DNA of 43,279 nt from Thermoplasmatales archaeon SW_10_69_26. GTDB lineage: Archaea > Thermoplasmatota > SW-10-69-26. A program made the position numbers and the translations under genes. Every line of letters begins with the position of its first letter. Position 1 is the first letter of the stretch. The notes under the pieces are model-generated. The model was not told where the DNA came from. It made no database searches and saw only the letters and a list, made by a program, of their open reading frames with translations. This document shows, one piece after another, positions 9,110 through 18,200 of this stretch. The stretch spans positions 74,827 through 118,105 of the forward strand of contig PXUB01000019.1 of the NCBI GenBank assembly GCA_003009755.1. The letters are read 5' to 3'.

Positions 9110-10705
9110 TCAGGAGAGGGGCTTGACCATGTAGGGACCCTCGCGCTCGTAGCCGAGCTTGCGGTAGTACTCGCGGGTGCCGACGCCGGCCATCACGAGC
9201 AGCTTGCCGCGTCCGCGTTCGTGGGCGACGTCCTCGGCGCGGCGCATCAGCGCGGTGCCGTGGCCTTGGTGTTGGTGGGATCGGTCGTCGCCGGAGCCGG
9301 CGAGGGGAACCTCGCTGCCGACGACCTTCAGCTCGCGCACGATCGCCGCACCGTCAACCTCGTCGCGGTGGGCGTCCATGGAGGGGATGCGCACGCGGCA
9401 GTAGCCGACGACGGCGTCCTTGCTCGTGTCCTCGACGGCGAGGAACACCTCCTCGCCCCCGCTGGCCTCGTAGCCGTGCTGGGTCTCCTCGAGATCCAGG
9501 GGTTCCTCGGTGCGACGGGGGGCTTCCCGGCAGCGCAGGCACGAGCACTGGGCGCCCATCTCGTCCCACGCGAGCTCGCGCAGGTTCGTCTTGAACACGC
9601 CGGCGGCGATCTCGTGCGTGGGGATGTCGCGCTCGACGCGCTGCACGCGCACCCACGGTGGGACCATGTCGAGGATCTCGCTCACGAGGTCGGCAGCCTC
9701 CTCGTCACCCAGGGGCTCGAACTCGCCGCGCTGGTGTTGCTCGTGCAGCGCGGTGCCGGGCACGACGAGCGTGGGATAGATCTTCAGCATGTCCGGCCGC
9801 AGCCTGGGATCGTCGAACGTCTGGCGGGCCGTCTCGAGATCCATCTCGCGGGAGGACTCGGGCAGGCCCGGCATCAGGTGGTAGCAGACCTTGAGGCCGG
9901 CATCGCGGGCGGTCTGCGATGCTTCGTAGGTGTCCTGCATCGTGTGGCCGCGGTTCGTGGCCGCCAGCACCTCGTCGTAGACGGTCTGGACACCGATCTC
10001 GATCCGCGTGGTGCCCAGGGCCAGCATGTTGTCGACGTGGGGCTTTTGGCACCAATCCGGCTTGGTCTCGAGCGTGAGCCCGATCCCGCGGGCATCGGCC
10101 GTCTCGTTGCGGCGGTGGGCCTCGGCGAGGTCGGCCGAGCGCTGCTCCTCATCGGTGCCGTGGTCGTTCAGCGCGTCGTAGAGGCTCGTGACGAACCGCT
10201 GTTGATCGTCCCAATCGCGGGCCGGGAACGTGCCGCCCTGGACGATGAGATCGACCTTGTCGACGGGGTGCCCGTTGCGTTCCAGATCCTGCAGCCGCGA
10301 GCGGGCCTGGTCGTAGGCGTCGAACCCGTGGCGGTCGGCCCGCCGGGCGGCCGGCTCCTTGCCGGTGTAGCTTTGCGCGGTCCCCATGCGGGGCCCGCCG
10401 GGGCAGAACGTGCACGTGCCGTGCGGGCAGGCCTCGGGCGGCGCCTGCACGGTCACGACCGCCACACCGGACAGCGAACGAGTTGGCTTCTTCACCAGCA
10501 GCGGCTTGAACGCCTCGCGCTCGTCCTCCGGCAAGGCGTTCAACAGCTTGCTGTTCTTCGGGATCTTGGGGACCTCGTGGTCGCGCGCCGTGCGGATCTT
10601 GAGCTTTTGAACGTCCTCGCGGCTGTCCGGAGGGTCCTCCATCATGCGGTCAACGATGTCCTCGAGGTAGGCGTCCAGGCCCAAGGCAGGCCAAGCCAGG
10701 GGCAT
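9110..10705 (-). CDS. elp3: Elp3 tRNA uridine(34) carboxymethyltransferase (radical SAM + GNAT)
   Basis: KPTRSLSGVAVV, CPHGTCTFCPGG, SYTGKEPA, ETKPD, IYPTLV, VRELKVVG, QHQGHG. Start uncertain (ATG 10705 or a TTG slightly downstream). Confidence 0.95.
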   Translation of the reverse strand: MPLAWPALGLDAYLEDIVDRMMEDPPDSREDVQKLKIRTARDHEVPKIPKNSKLLNALPEDEREAFKPLLVKKPTRSLSGVAVVTVQAPPEACPHGTCTFCPGGPRMGTAQSYTGKEPAARRADRHGFDAYDQARSRLQDLERNGHPVDKVDLIVQGGTFPARDWDDQQRFVTSLYDALNDHGTDEEQRSADLAEAHRRNETADARGIGLTLETKPDWCQKPHVDNMLALGTTRIEIGVQTVYDEVLAATNRGHTMQDTYEASQTARDAGLKVCYHLMPGLPESSREMDLETARQTFDDPRLRPDMLKIYPTLVVPGTALHEQHQRGEFEPLGDEEAADLVSEILDMVPPWVRVQRVERDIPTHEIAAGVFKTNLRELAWDEMGAQCSCLRCREAPRRTEEPLDLEETQHGYEASGGEEVFLAVEDTSKDAVVGYCRVRIPSMDAHRDEVDGAAIVRELKVVGSEVPLAGSGDDRSHQHQGHGTALMRRAEDVAHERGRGKLLVMAGVGTREYYRKLGYEREGPYMVKPLS

Positions 10706-10758
10706 CGTCGGGAAGAAGGTTGCGGGGAGGGCGAGGTGGGGTCCAGGTGAGAGCCCGA

Positions 10759-11116
10759 CGGGTCTCATCCTGCGAGCCTAGACCTGAACCCTGGAGGCCT
10801 TCCCTCGCTGGTACGCTCGGTCGACCTCCAGATCCGAACGTCCGGCCTCGCTCTGAGGTCTCGGCCGGACGTTCTCTGGGTCGGATGGTGAAGGCCCGAG
10901 ACCGCTTGGTGACGCCGGTCTCGGGATCCGGACGGATCAGAGATCCGTCCTCTTCCGAGGCGAGCGCTGCGGTCCCCGTCTCGCCTCGGAACGCGCTCGC
11001 CGGGATCCGCGGACGAGCCTGGCGTAAATCACCGAACTCGTCCTCTACGGAGACCGTCCACCTTCACCGGTCTCCGGACGAACCCAAGGGTTCTCATCCC
11101 GGCTCGCAGCGACCCG
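10759..11116 (-). ncRNA. Multi-hairpin structured element downstream of tRNA-Arg
   Basis: Eight inverted repeats of 6-12 bp enclosed by closing stems 10759-10778/11101-11116; several stems extend by G-U pairs on the minus strand. Confidence 0.5.
10992..11006 (-). repeat. 15-bp exact copy of the tRNA-Arg 3' end (att-like)
   Basis: CGCGCTCGCCGGGAT at 10992-11006 and 11122-11136. Confidence 0.7.
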
Positions 11117-11121
11117 GTCAG

Positions 11122-11197
11122 CGCGCTCGCCGGGATTCGAACCCGGGATCCTCGGCTTAGAAGGCCGATGCCTTGGTCCGGACTAGGCTACGAGCGC
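11122..11197 (-). tRNA. tRNA-Arg(TCT), intronless, CCA not encoded
   Basis: GCGCTCG-TA-GCCT...AGGC-A-TCGGC-CT[TCT]AA-GCCGA-GGATC-CCGGG-TTCGAAT-CCCGG-CGAGCGC-G; TAATAT box about 25 nt upstream. Confidence 0.97.
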
Positions 11198-11538
11198 TCA
11201 CAGGTGGCACTGGGCTTCGTCATATTAGTGGCCGGTTCCTGTGGGAAAGCGAGGCAGGCGAGACGCGGACCGCGGTCCGGATCGCCGGAGTCCCTGTCCG
11301 TCAGGCGGACTCCGGCGAGAGCACGGATCTTCGGTCCGTGCCGACCAGGCGACGGGCGCTCGGGCGGGCACTGACCTTCGCTGTATCCGTGACCGGTGCC
11401 CTCGAGACGCCACCGCACCCCATTCTTTGACGATCGTTGCGGCTCCGGGCGTCTCCGTCCGCCATCGGCGGCCACGGTCCGCCCCGTCGGTCGTCCGAAA
11501 ACCTCACAACGATAAACGACGCGCGTGTTGGCGGGGGC

Positions 11539-12539
11539 GTGCCGGCGGACGAGCCGCCTGTGGATGCGGACGAGGGTCCGCCCGAGGAGCCGAAGCCGTT
11601 GGGCCGCCCGGTGCAGGTGAACCAGGCCGATCTCGTCCGTGGGATGATCTGCGTCGGCAAGAAGAAGGCGGTCACGCTGTTGCGCGAGCCCGAGCGCCGG
11701 ACGAGCGAGGTGCACGGGCTGGCGAGCCTGCTCGATGCCTACGTGGCGTTCACGAGCGAGGGGCCGCAGACGTCGGCCTTCTACGACGAGCTCGACAGCC
11801 GCGAGAAGGCCTCCTTCTCCTACCGGGTCGGCATGGGGCTGGCCCTGCTGGCGGCCCAGCACGCGCTCGAGATCCCGTGGCTGATGCACGCCGCCTCGCT
11901 GGAGGCCAGCGGCGGCCCGCATCGAGCCCGAGGACACCGCGCGCGGACCTGATCGGGCTCTCGCTCGACGGGCGCTGGCAGCTGGTGAGAGCGCACGCGC
12001 GCTCGACGGAGATCACGGCCTCGATCGTCGAGGACACCCGTCGCGAGGTGGCCGAGGTGGCCTCGATCAACGACCGGGAGCCGGTCGAGCGGCGGGCCTG
12101 CGTGGCCGGGCTGGGCGAGGCGCCGTTCCGCGTCAGCTTCGAGCCCGGACTCCCGCCGGAGGAGGCCGAGGACGAGGGCCCCGAGGTGCGCTTCCGGATC
12201 GACCCCTCGCAGTACATCGCCGAGTACTACGCCCAGTTTTCGTTCTTCACGAGCCTCGACACGCGCGAGCACACGTTCGCGAAAGACATCGGATGCGGGA
12301 ACCTGCCGCCGGCGGTGCTCTCGGATCTGGAGGGCACGCCATACGAGATCGGGCTGTTGAAACCGCTGCACGATGCCTTGCAACCGCCGGAGGAGCGGGT
12401 CGAGGAGACCCAGAGCCTGGACGAGGCGGTGCCGGGCAAGCGCGGCTGGGAGCCGGCCGATCCCCGCCGGGCCCGCCAGGCGGGCGTGAGCGTGGGCCGG
12501 GATGGCGTCGTCGTGACCGGGCCGGCGCCACCCGGGTAG
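11539..12539 (+). pseudogene. Frameshifted restriction-endonuclease-like (PD-(D/E)xK) protein with degenerate active site
   Basis: GTG 11539 frame gives EKASFSYRVGMGLA..LEIPWLMH and stops at 11952; the sequence continues in another frame as RADLIGLSLDGRWQLVRAHARS to 12539. GATAAA box at 11511. Confidence 0.6.
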
Positions 12540-12586
12540 CTGACCCGTAGGTTAACCAGGGCGAGCTCGCTGGCCGGGCGAGAACG

Positions 12587-13636
12587 GTGCGCCTGCTGGT
12601 CACGACCCGGACGGGGAACGAGTACCTGGCTGCCCGCATCCTCGAGGATCGCTTCCACGCGATCGAGGACACCGACGCCCGACCGACGGGGCTGAAGGGC
12701 CTAGTGATCCTCGAGGCTCGCGAGGGGATCGAGGCCGACGAGGTGGGCGAGGTCAGCGAGGTCGAGAAGGTCATCGAGATCGATCGCGAGCTGGAGGACC
12801 CGCAGGTGCGCGAGATCGCCAAGGCGGCCGGCGAGGTCGCCGCCGAGCTCCCGGACGGCACCCGGTTCGCGGTGCGTTGCACGCGCCGCGGGTCGCACGA
12901 TTTCACGAGCCAGGACGTCGAGCGGTTGGCGGGCGCGGCGGTGCTGGACCGCGACGAGGAGCACGAGGTCGACCTGGACGACCCCGACCACGTGCTCCGG
13001 GTCGAGATCATCAACGACTGGACCGGGATCGGGCTCGTGGCCGGCGAGGACATCCACAAGAAGTACGTCGGCAAGCCCGACGCGCGCCGGCTGACGAAGA
13101 AGACGACGATCGTGCAGCGGATGTACGAGAGCCAGCACCCGCGCGGCACGAACCGCATCGGGGCCGCGCTGGGTCGCTCGGCCCAGGCCTTCGAGGTCGA
13201 CCGGCTCGTCGTCGGCATGGCCGAACCGGCCGAGGCCGACGACCTGGACCGGTTCGTCGACGCCCTGCAGGAGGGCATCGGGTCGCGGCACGAGGTGCAG
13301 AAGAAGGCCTACGAGCAGCAGCGCGACCGCGTCCCGGTCGAGGTGGCCGACCTGCACCAGATGGCGCGCCGGGCGAAGGGCTCGGGCGCGCTCGTCGTCG
13401 CGACCGATCCGCGCGGCGAGACGGTGGCCGACGTGCGCGACGAGCTGGGCACCGATCTGCGCGAGGCCGACGAGATCTACGTCTTCAACGGTTCGAACGA
13501 GGCGTTGCCGACGGGCATGTTCTCGCACGCCGACCACGTGCTCGACCTGGCGCCCTCGATCACATATGGCACCGACCAGGCGATCGCGGCCTCCTTGGTG
13601 GCCCTGTTGACGGCCTGGAAGCCGCCCGAGGGCTAG
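12587..13636 (+). CDS. THUMP-domain + SPOUT RNA methyltransferase
   Basis: FAVRCTRRGSHDFTSQDVERLAG..VDLDDPD..LRVEII (THUMP); TDPRG..NGSNEALPTG..DLAPSITYGTDQAI (SPOUT knot). Confidence 0.85.
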   Translation: MRLLVTTRTGNEYLAARILEDRFHAIEDTDARPTGLKGLVILEAREGIEADEVGEVSEVEKVIEIDRELEDPQVREIAKAAGEVAAELPDGTRFAVRCTRRGSHDFTSQDVERLAGAAVLDRDEEHEVDLDDPDHVLRVEIINDWTGIGLVAGEDIHKKYVGKPDARRLTKKTTIVQRMYESQHPRGTNRIGAALGRSAQAFEVDRLVVGMAEPAEADDLDRFVDALQEGIGSRHEVQKKAYEQQRDRVPVEVADLHQMARRAKGSGALVVATDPRGETVADVRDELGTDLREADEIYVFNGSNEALPTGMFSHADHVLDLAPSITYGTDQAIAASLVALLTAWKPPEG

Positions 13637-14136
13637 TTCAGGAGGACGAACCCGGCGTTGAGCGCGGTGGCGTAGACGACCCACACGAGGTAGGGGACCA
13701 GGAGCCCGGCCGCGCGCTTGTTGACTCCCCGGAAGGCTCTGATCGTCCAACCGATCGCGGCCAGCAGGACGACGATCTCGATCAGCGCCCACCGGGGCCG
13801 CTGCAGGCCGAAGAACAGGCCCGACCAGCCGACGTTGAGCGCCAGCTGCACCCCGAAGGGGACCATCGCTCGTGCCCGGTGGGGACCGGATGTGCGCTGC
13901 CAGACGAGCCAGCCGCTGACGGCCATCATGGCGTACAGGGCCGTCCAGACGGGGCCGAACACCCAGGAGGGCGGCGTCCCGAGCGGCTTCTCGAGCGTGG
14001 GGTACCAGGTTTCGACGGCGCCGGCGGTCAGCCAGCCGCCGATGGCGGCGGCCGCGAAGCAGATCGCCAGGAAGACGCCCAACGAGACGAGAGTGCGGCC
14101 GAAGCTGGGCTCGTGCACGCCGTCGGTCTCGGCCAT
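13633..14136 (-). CDS. tspO: TspO/MBR tryptophan-rich sensory protein
   Basis: WYPTLEKP..PPSWVFGPVWTALY, QLALNVGWSGLFFG, LVPYLVWVVYATALN. Confidence 0.93.
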   Translation of the reverse strand: MAETDGVHEPSFGRTLVSLGVFLAICFAAAAIGGWLTAGAVETWYPTLEKPLGTPPSWVFGPVWTALYAMMAVSGWLVWQRTSGPHRARAMVPFGVQLALNVGWSGLFFGLQRPRWALIEIVVLLAAIGWTIRAFRGVNKRAAGLLVPYLVWVVYATALNAGFVLLN

Positions 14137-14138
14137 CC

Positions 14139-14513
14139 TCACTCCCCCAGGGCCTCGGAGGCCTCGTCGACGGTGCCGATCACGGCGTTGCCGCCGGCGT
14201 GGAACCCCTCGACGTAGCCCAGGCACAATCCCCAGGCACCCAACAGCCCGGCCTCGTGGCCGTCGAGCGGGAGGCCGCCGGGTTCAGCGTCGACGAGCTC
14301 GAGACCTTGCTCACTCGCGACCCCCTCGAGCACGGCCTGCGGGCGTTCGTCGGGATCGGCCTCAGGGATCGCGGCGAGGACCGCCTCGAAGAACGCGGCT
14401 TGGCCGTCGAGGTAGGCCGAGCGCTCCTCGGTGGCCTCGACCGCGGCGAGCAGATCCTCGACGCCCTCGCCCAGCGCCTCCAGCACGTCGATCTCGCGGG
14501 CCGGCTGGCTCAT
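14139..14513 (-). CDS. Hypothetical acidic protein (124 aa), probably co-transcribed with tspO
   Basis: MSQPAREIDVLEALGEG...; host-like composition; stop 2 nt before the tspO start. Confidence 0.7.
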   Translation of the reverse strand: MSQPAREIDVLEALGEGVEDLLAAVEATEERSAYLDGQAAFFEAVLAAIPEADPDERPQAVLEGVASEQGLELVDAEPGGLPLDGHEAGLLGAWGLCLGYVEGFHAGGNAVIGTVDEASEALGE

Positions 14514-14592
14514 CGTGGACCCCAACGGGCCCCCGCTTGGAAACGGTTCGGTCCGCCCGACAGGCTTTCCCACGGCGAGCCGCTGCCCACGC

Positions 14593-15033
14593 GTGGCCGA
14601 GTGGGAGCTGTACCGGGCGATCGCCGACCACTGGCGCTCGCGCGGCTACCACGTGGTGACGTCGGTGACGGACCCCAGCGGCTCGCGCGTGGAGCTGGAC
14701 GTGGTCGCGTTCACGCCGGAGCTGGACGACGTGCGGATCACGGAGGCCAAGGTCGCGGCCTCGAAGGCGTTGGTCGACCAGTGCATCGATCGGTTGCGGT
14801 ACGCAGAGCGCGTGTACGCGGCCGTGCCGGCGACCGCGGCCGAGCGGTTGCGATCGCAAGCCGGCTCCGGGCCGGCGGACCGGCTGGGGATCTTGGCCGT
14901 GGCGGAGACCGGGGTCGAGGTGGTGCGGCAGGCCGAGCCGAGCGATCAGCGACGGGAGCCGGGCAAGGCGCACGTGATCGAGCGCCAGCTGCGGTCGGCG
15001 TTGGCGGAGGGCGAGGCCGAGGGGCCGGCGTGA
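14593..15033 (+). CDS. Small PD-(D/E)xK nuclease-fold protein (146 aa)
   Basis: E..LY...W...GY, ELDVVAF, ITEAK, LVDQ, RVYAAVP motif series; GTG start. Confidence 0.7.
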   Translation: MAEWELYRAIADHWRSRGYHVVTSVTDPSGSRVELDVVAFTPELDDVRITEAKVAASKALVDQCIDRLRYAERVYAAVPATAAERLRSQAGSGPADRLGILAVAETGVEVVRQAEPSDQRREPGKAHVIERQLRSALAEGEAEGPA

Positions 15034-15042
15034 GCGGCCGAC

Positions 15043-15237
15043 TCAGCCCTGCAGCGCGATCCGCACGTCGACGTCCTTGACGGCCCAGGTGCGGGCCTCG
15101 CTGGTGTTGGCGAACGTGACCTCGATGCGGCCCTCCTCGGCCAGCCAGTGGGCCAATTCGTCCTCGACGAGGGCGAAGGCCTCGTCGAAGCGGGGGCCCT
15201 GGGGGAGCTCGATCGTGCAGGGCACGGTCTCCTCCAT
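15043..15237 (-). pseudogene. Orphan second copy of the IleRS C-terminal domain (64 aa; may be expressed)
   Basis: LDMEETVPCTIEL..LAEEGRIEVTF..ARTW..VRIALQG aligns with the ileS end LEMEAVVDCTIGL..IEEEARVNLSF..ATEW..IRIVLHG. Confidence 0.7.
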
Positions 15238-15269
15238 GTCGAGCTTAGCTCCTAAGGAGGGGTAGCCCC

Positions 15270-18200
15270 TCAGTCGCCGTGAAGGACGATTCGAATGGTC
15301 TCCTCGTCTCCGCTCGCCTTGTTCGTGATCTCCCACTCGGTGGCGGAATCGGAGACCCCTTCGAACGAGAACGAGAGGTTCACCCTGGCCTCCTCTTCGA
15401 TCGCCTCTCGGAGGTAGGACTCGAGGTCCTCGAGCTCGCCCTCCCACGCCCTCGCGACGGTGGCTTGGGGATCTAGGCCGATGGTGCAGTCCACGACGGC
15501 CTCCATCTCCAGGTCCTGGCGCTTGCGCATCTCCTGGATCCTACGCAGAATCTCTTGGCTGAGACCTTCCTGCTCGTGCTCGGGCTCGAGGTGGGCGTCA
15601 ACGAACACGCTGCCCTCCTCGAAGTCAGCACCGAGGATGCCCTCGGGGACCTCGGTCGTGAACGAGACGGCCTCGGGCGGGATCTCGAAGCCGTCGATCT
15701 CGACGGTCTCACCAGCGTCGACGCGCTTCTTGAGCGCCTGGGCGTCGGCCTCGCTGATCGCCTTCTTCACGGCGGGGGCGTCCTCGCGGAACTCGGGACC
15801 GACGACCGAGCGCACGGGCTCGGCGACGAGGTGCAGCTCCTCCCAGGTGGGGCCGGCGTACTCGACGCGTTTGGCGTTGCACTGGTCGGCCAGCACGTCC
15901 TCCAGCGTCTCGCAGGCGCGCTCGACCGGCTTGGGTCCGGCCAAAACGACGCGCGGGACCGGCCATCGCAGGGACAGCTTCTCCTGCTCGCGAGCCTTGC
16001 TGGTCGCCTCGACGATGTCGCGCACGAGCTGCATGTCCTCCTCGAGCTCGGTGTCGCGCAGCGTCTCGTCGGGCTCGGGCCAGGCATCGGCGTGCACCGT
16101 GTCGGCCTCGGGGTACAGGTCGCGCCAGATCTGGTCGGCGACGTGCGGGGTGTAGGGCGCCAGCAGGCGGGCGACGTCGGCGAGCGCGACGCCGAGCACG
16201 TCGTACAGGCGGGTCTGAGCCTCGCCGTCCTCCCAGGCGCGGTCGCGGGTCAGCCGCACGTACCAGCGTGAGAGATCCTCGAGCACGAAGGTCGTGATCG
16301 TGCGCGCGGCCTCGTGGTATTCGTGGGCGTGCAGTTCGTCGCTGGCCTGCTCGACGGTGGCGGTCAACCGCGACAGGATCCAGCGGTCGAGGGCGTCCTC
16401 GGGCGGGTCGGCGTCCCAGCCCGGGCTCTGGGCCACGACGTCGTCCATGGCCATGTACTGGGTGGCGAACCGGTGCACGTTCCACAGGATGTTGAGCGTG
16501 CGTTGGGCCTCCTCGGCCGTCTCCTCGCCGTACTTGAGGTCGTTCCAGGGGGCGGAGGGCTCCAGCAGGGACAGCCGCGTCGGGTCGACGCCGTAGGCCT
16601 CGATGACGTCCTCGGGCGCGATGATGTTGCCCAGGGACTTGCTCATCGGGCGGCCCTCGTCGTCGTGGACGAACCCGTGCATGACGACCTCCTCGTAGGG
16701 CACCTGACCCATGGCGACGGTGCCGGCGGCGAGTTGGGAGTAAAACCAGCCGCGGGTCTGATCGAGGCCCTCGATGATGAGATCGCAGGGGAACCAATCG
16801 TCGAGCTGTTCGTCCGAGCGGGGGTATTCGAGGCTGGCCCAGGAGGCCACGGCCGAGTCGAACCAGACGTCGAGCACGTCGACGACGCGCTCCATCTCGC
16901 CCTCGCACCCGTCGGCGGTGCAGCCGAAGGTGACCTCGTCGACCCAGGGGCGGTGCAGGTCGGGCACGTCCTGGCCGGAGCGGCGTTCGAGCTCGGCGTG
17001 CGAGTCGACGACGTGTCGGTGCTCGCACGTGCCGCAGATCCAGATCGGGATCGGGATGCCCCAGTAGCGTTGCCGGCTGATGCACCAGTCGCGCACGTTC
17101 TCGACCCAGTCGCGTTGGCGGCCGGCGCCGGCCCACTCGGGGGTCCAGTCGACGCGGTCGATCTCGTCGAGCATCTCCTGCTTGCGATCGGTGACCGCGA
17201 GGAACCACTGCTCGGCCGTGCGGTACAGGATCGGCGTGTCGCAGCGCCAGCAGTGGCCGTAGCTGTGGTCGGTGAGGGCATCGGAGAACAGCAGGCCCTT
17301 CTCGGTCAGGCGCTCGATCACGGCGGTGTCGGCGTGGTCCTCGGGTGGCTCGCCGTCCTCGCCGGCTTCCTTGCGGACGCGAAGCCCGGCGAGCTCGCCG
17401 GCCTGGTCCGTGTAGAAGCCGTCGGCGCCGACGGGGCTGAACGGCGGGATGTCCTTCTCCTTGCCGATCTCGTAGTCCTCTTCCCCGTGCCCGGTCGCGG
17501 TGTGGACGAGCCCGGTGCGGTCGGCCTCGACGTGATCGCCGAGGACGAGGGTGTACTCGTTCTCGGTGCGTCGGTCCCGGTGATAGGGGACCTCGTCCGC
17601 GAACGGGTGCTCGTAGGCCAGGCCTTCGAGCTCGGTGCCCGGGAGGTGCTCCATCACGGTGACGTCGCGGGCCACCTGGTCGAGCACGTCGATGCAGGTC
17701 TCCTCGATGATCAGCTCCTCGGTGTCGCCGGCGTGGCTGGTGGCGAGCACGCGGGCGTAGGTGAGATCGGGGTGGGCCGCGACGGCGTTGTTCGCCGGCA
17801 GGGTCCACGGCGTGGTGGTCCAGACGAGCAGCGAGGCGTCGTCGTCGACCAGCGGCAGGCGGACGTAGATGCTGGGATCGACGCGGTCGTCGTACTCGAC
17901 CTCGGCCTGGGCGAGCGCCGTCTCGCAGCGGGGACACCAGGGCAGCCCGCCGCGGTTGTCGCGGTACAACAAATCCTGCTCGTCGGCGCGCTTGATCGCC
18001 CACCAGGCGCCTTCCATGTACGTGTCGTCGATGGTGCGGTAGGGGTCATCCCAGTCCAGCCAGACGCCGAGCTCGGCGAACTCGTCGTTCATCGTGTCGA
18101 GGAACCCGGTGGAGAACTCGCGGCACTTGTCGACGAAGTTGCCGACGCCGTAGTCCTCGATCTCGTTCTTGTCGGCGATGCCCAGCTCCTTCTCGACCTT

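Noticed and set aside
7574-10750. 1058-aa plus-strand ORF and similar long ORFs (2103-4646, 16314-19385, 26950-29046, 33688-35475)
   Set aside because: Antisense shadows of real high-GC genes, with no recognisable motifs.
10759-11116. RNase P or SRP RNA identity for the structured regions
   Set aside because: No GAGGAAAGUCC-type P4 signature or SRP helix-8 motif found on either strand.
11950-11952. TGA as selenocysteine or read-through
   Set aside because: The continuation is in a different frame, so it is a frameshift.
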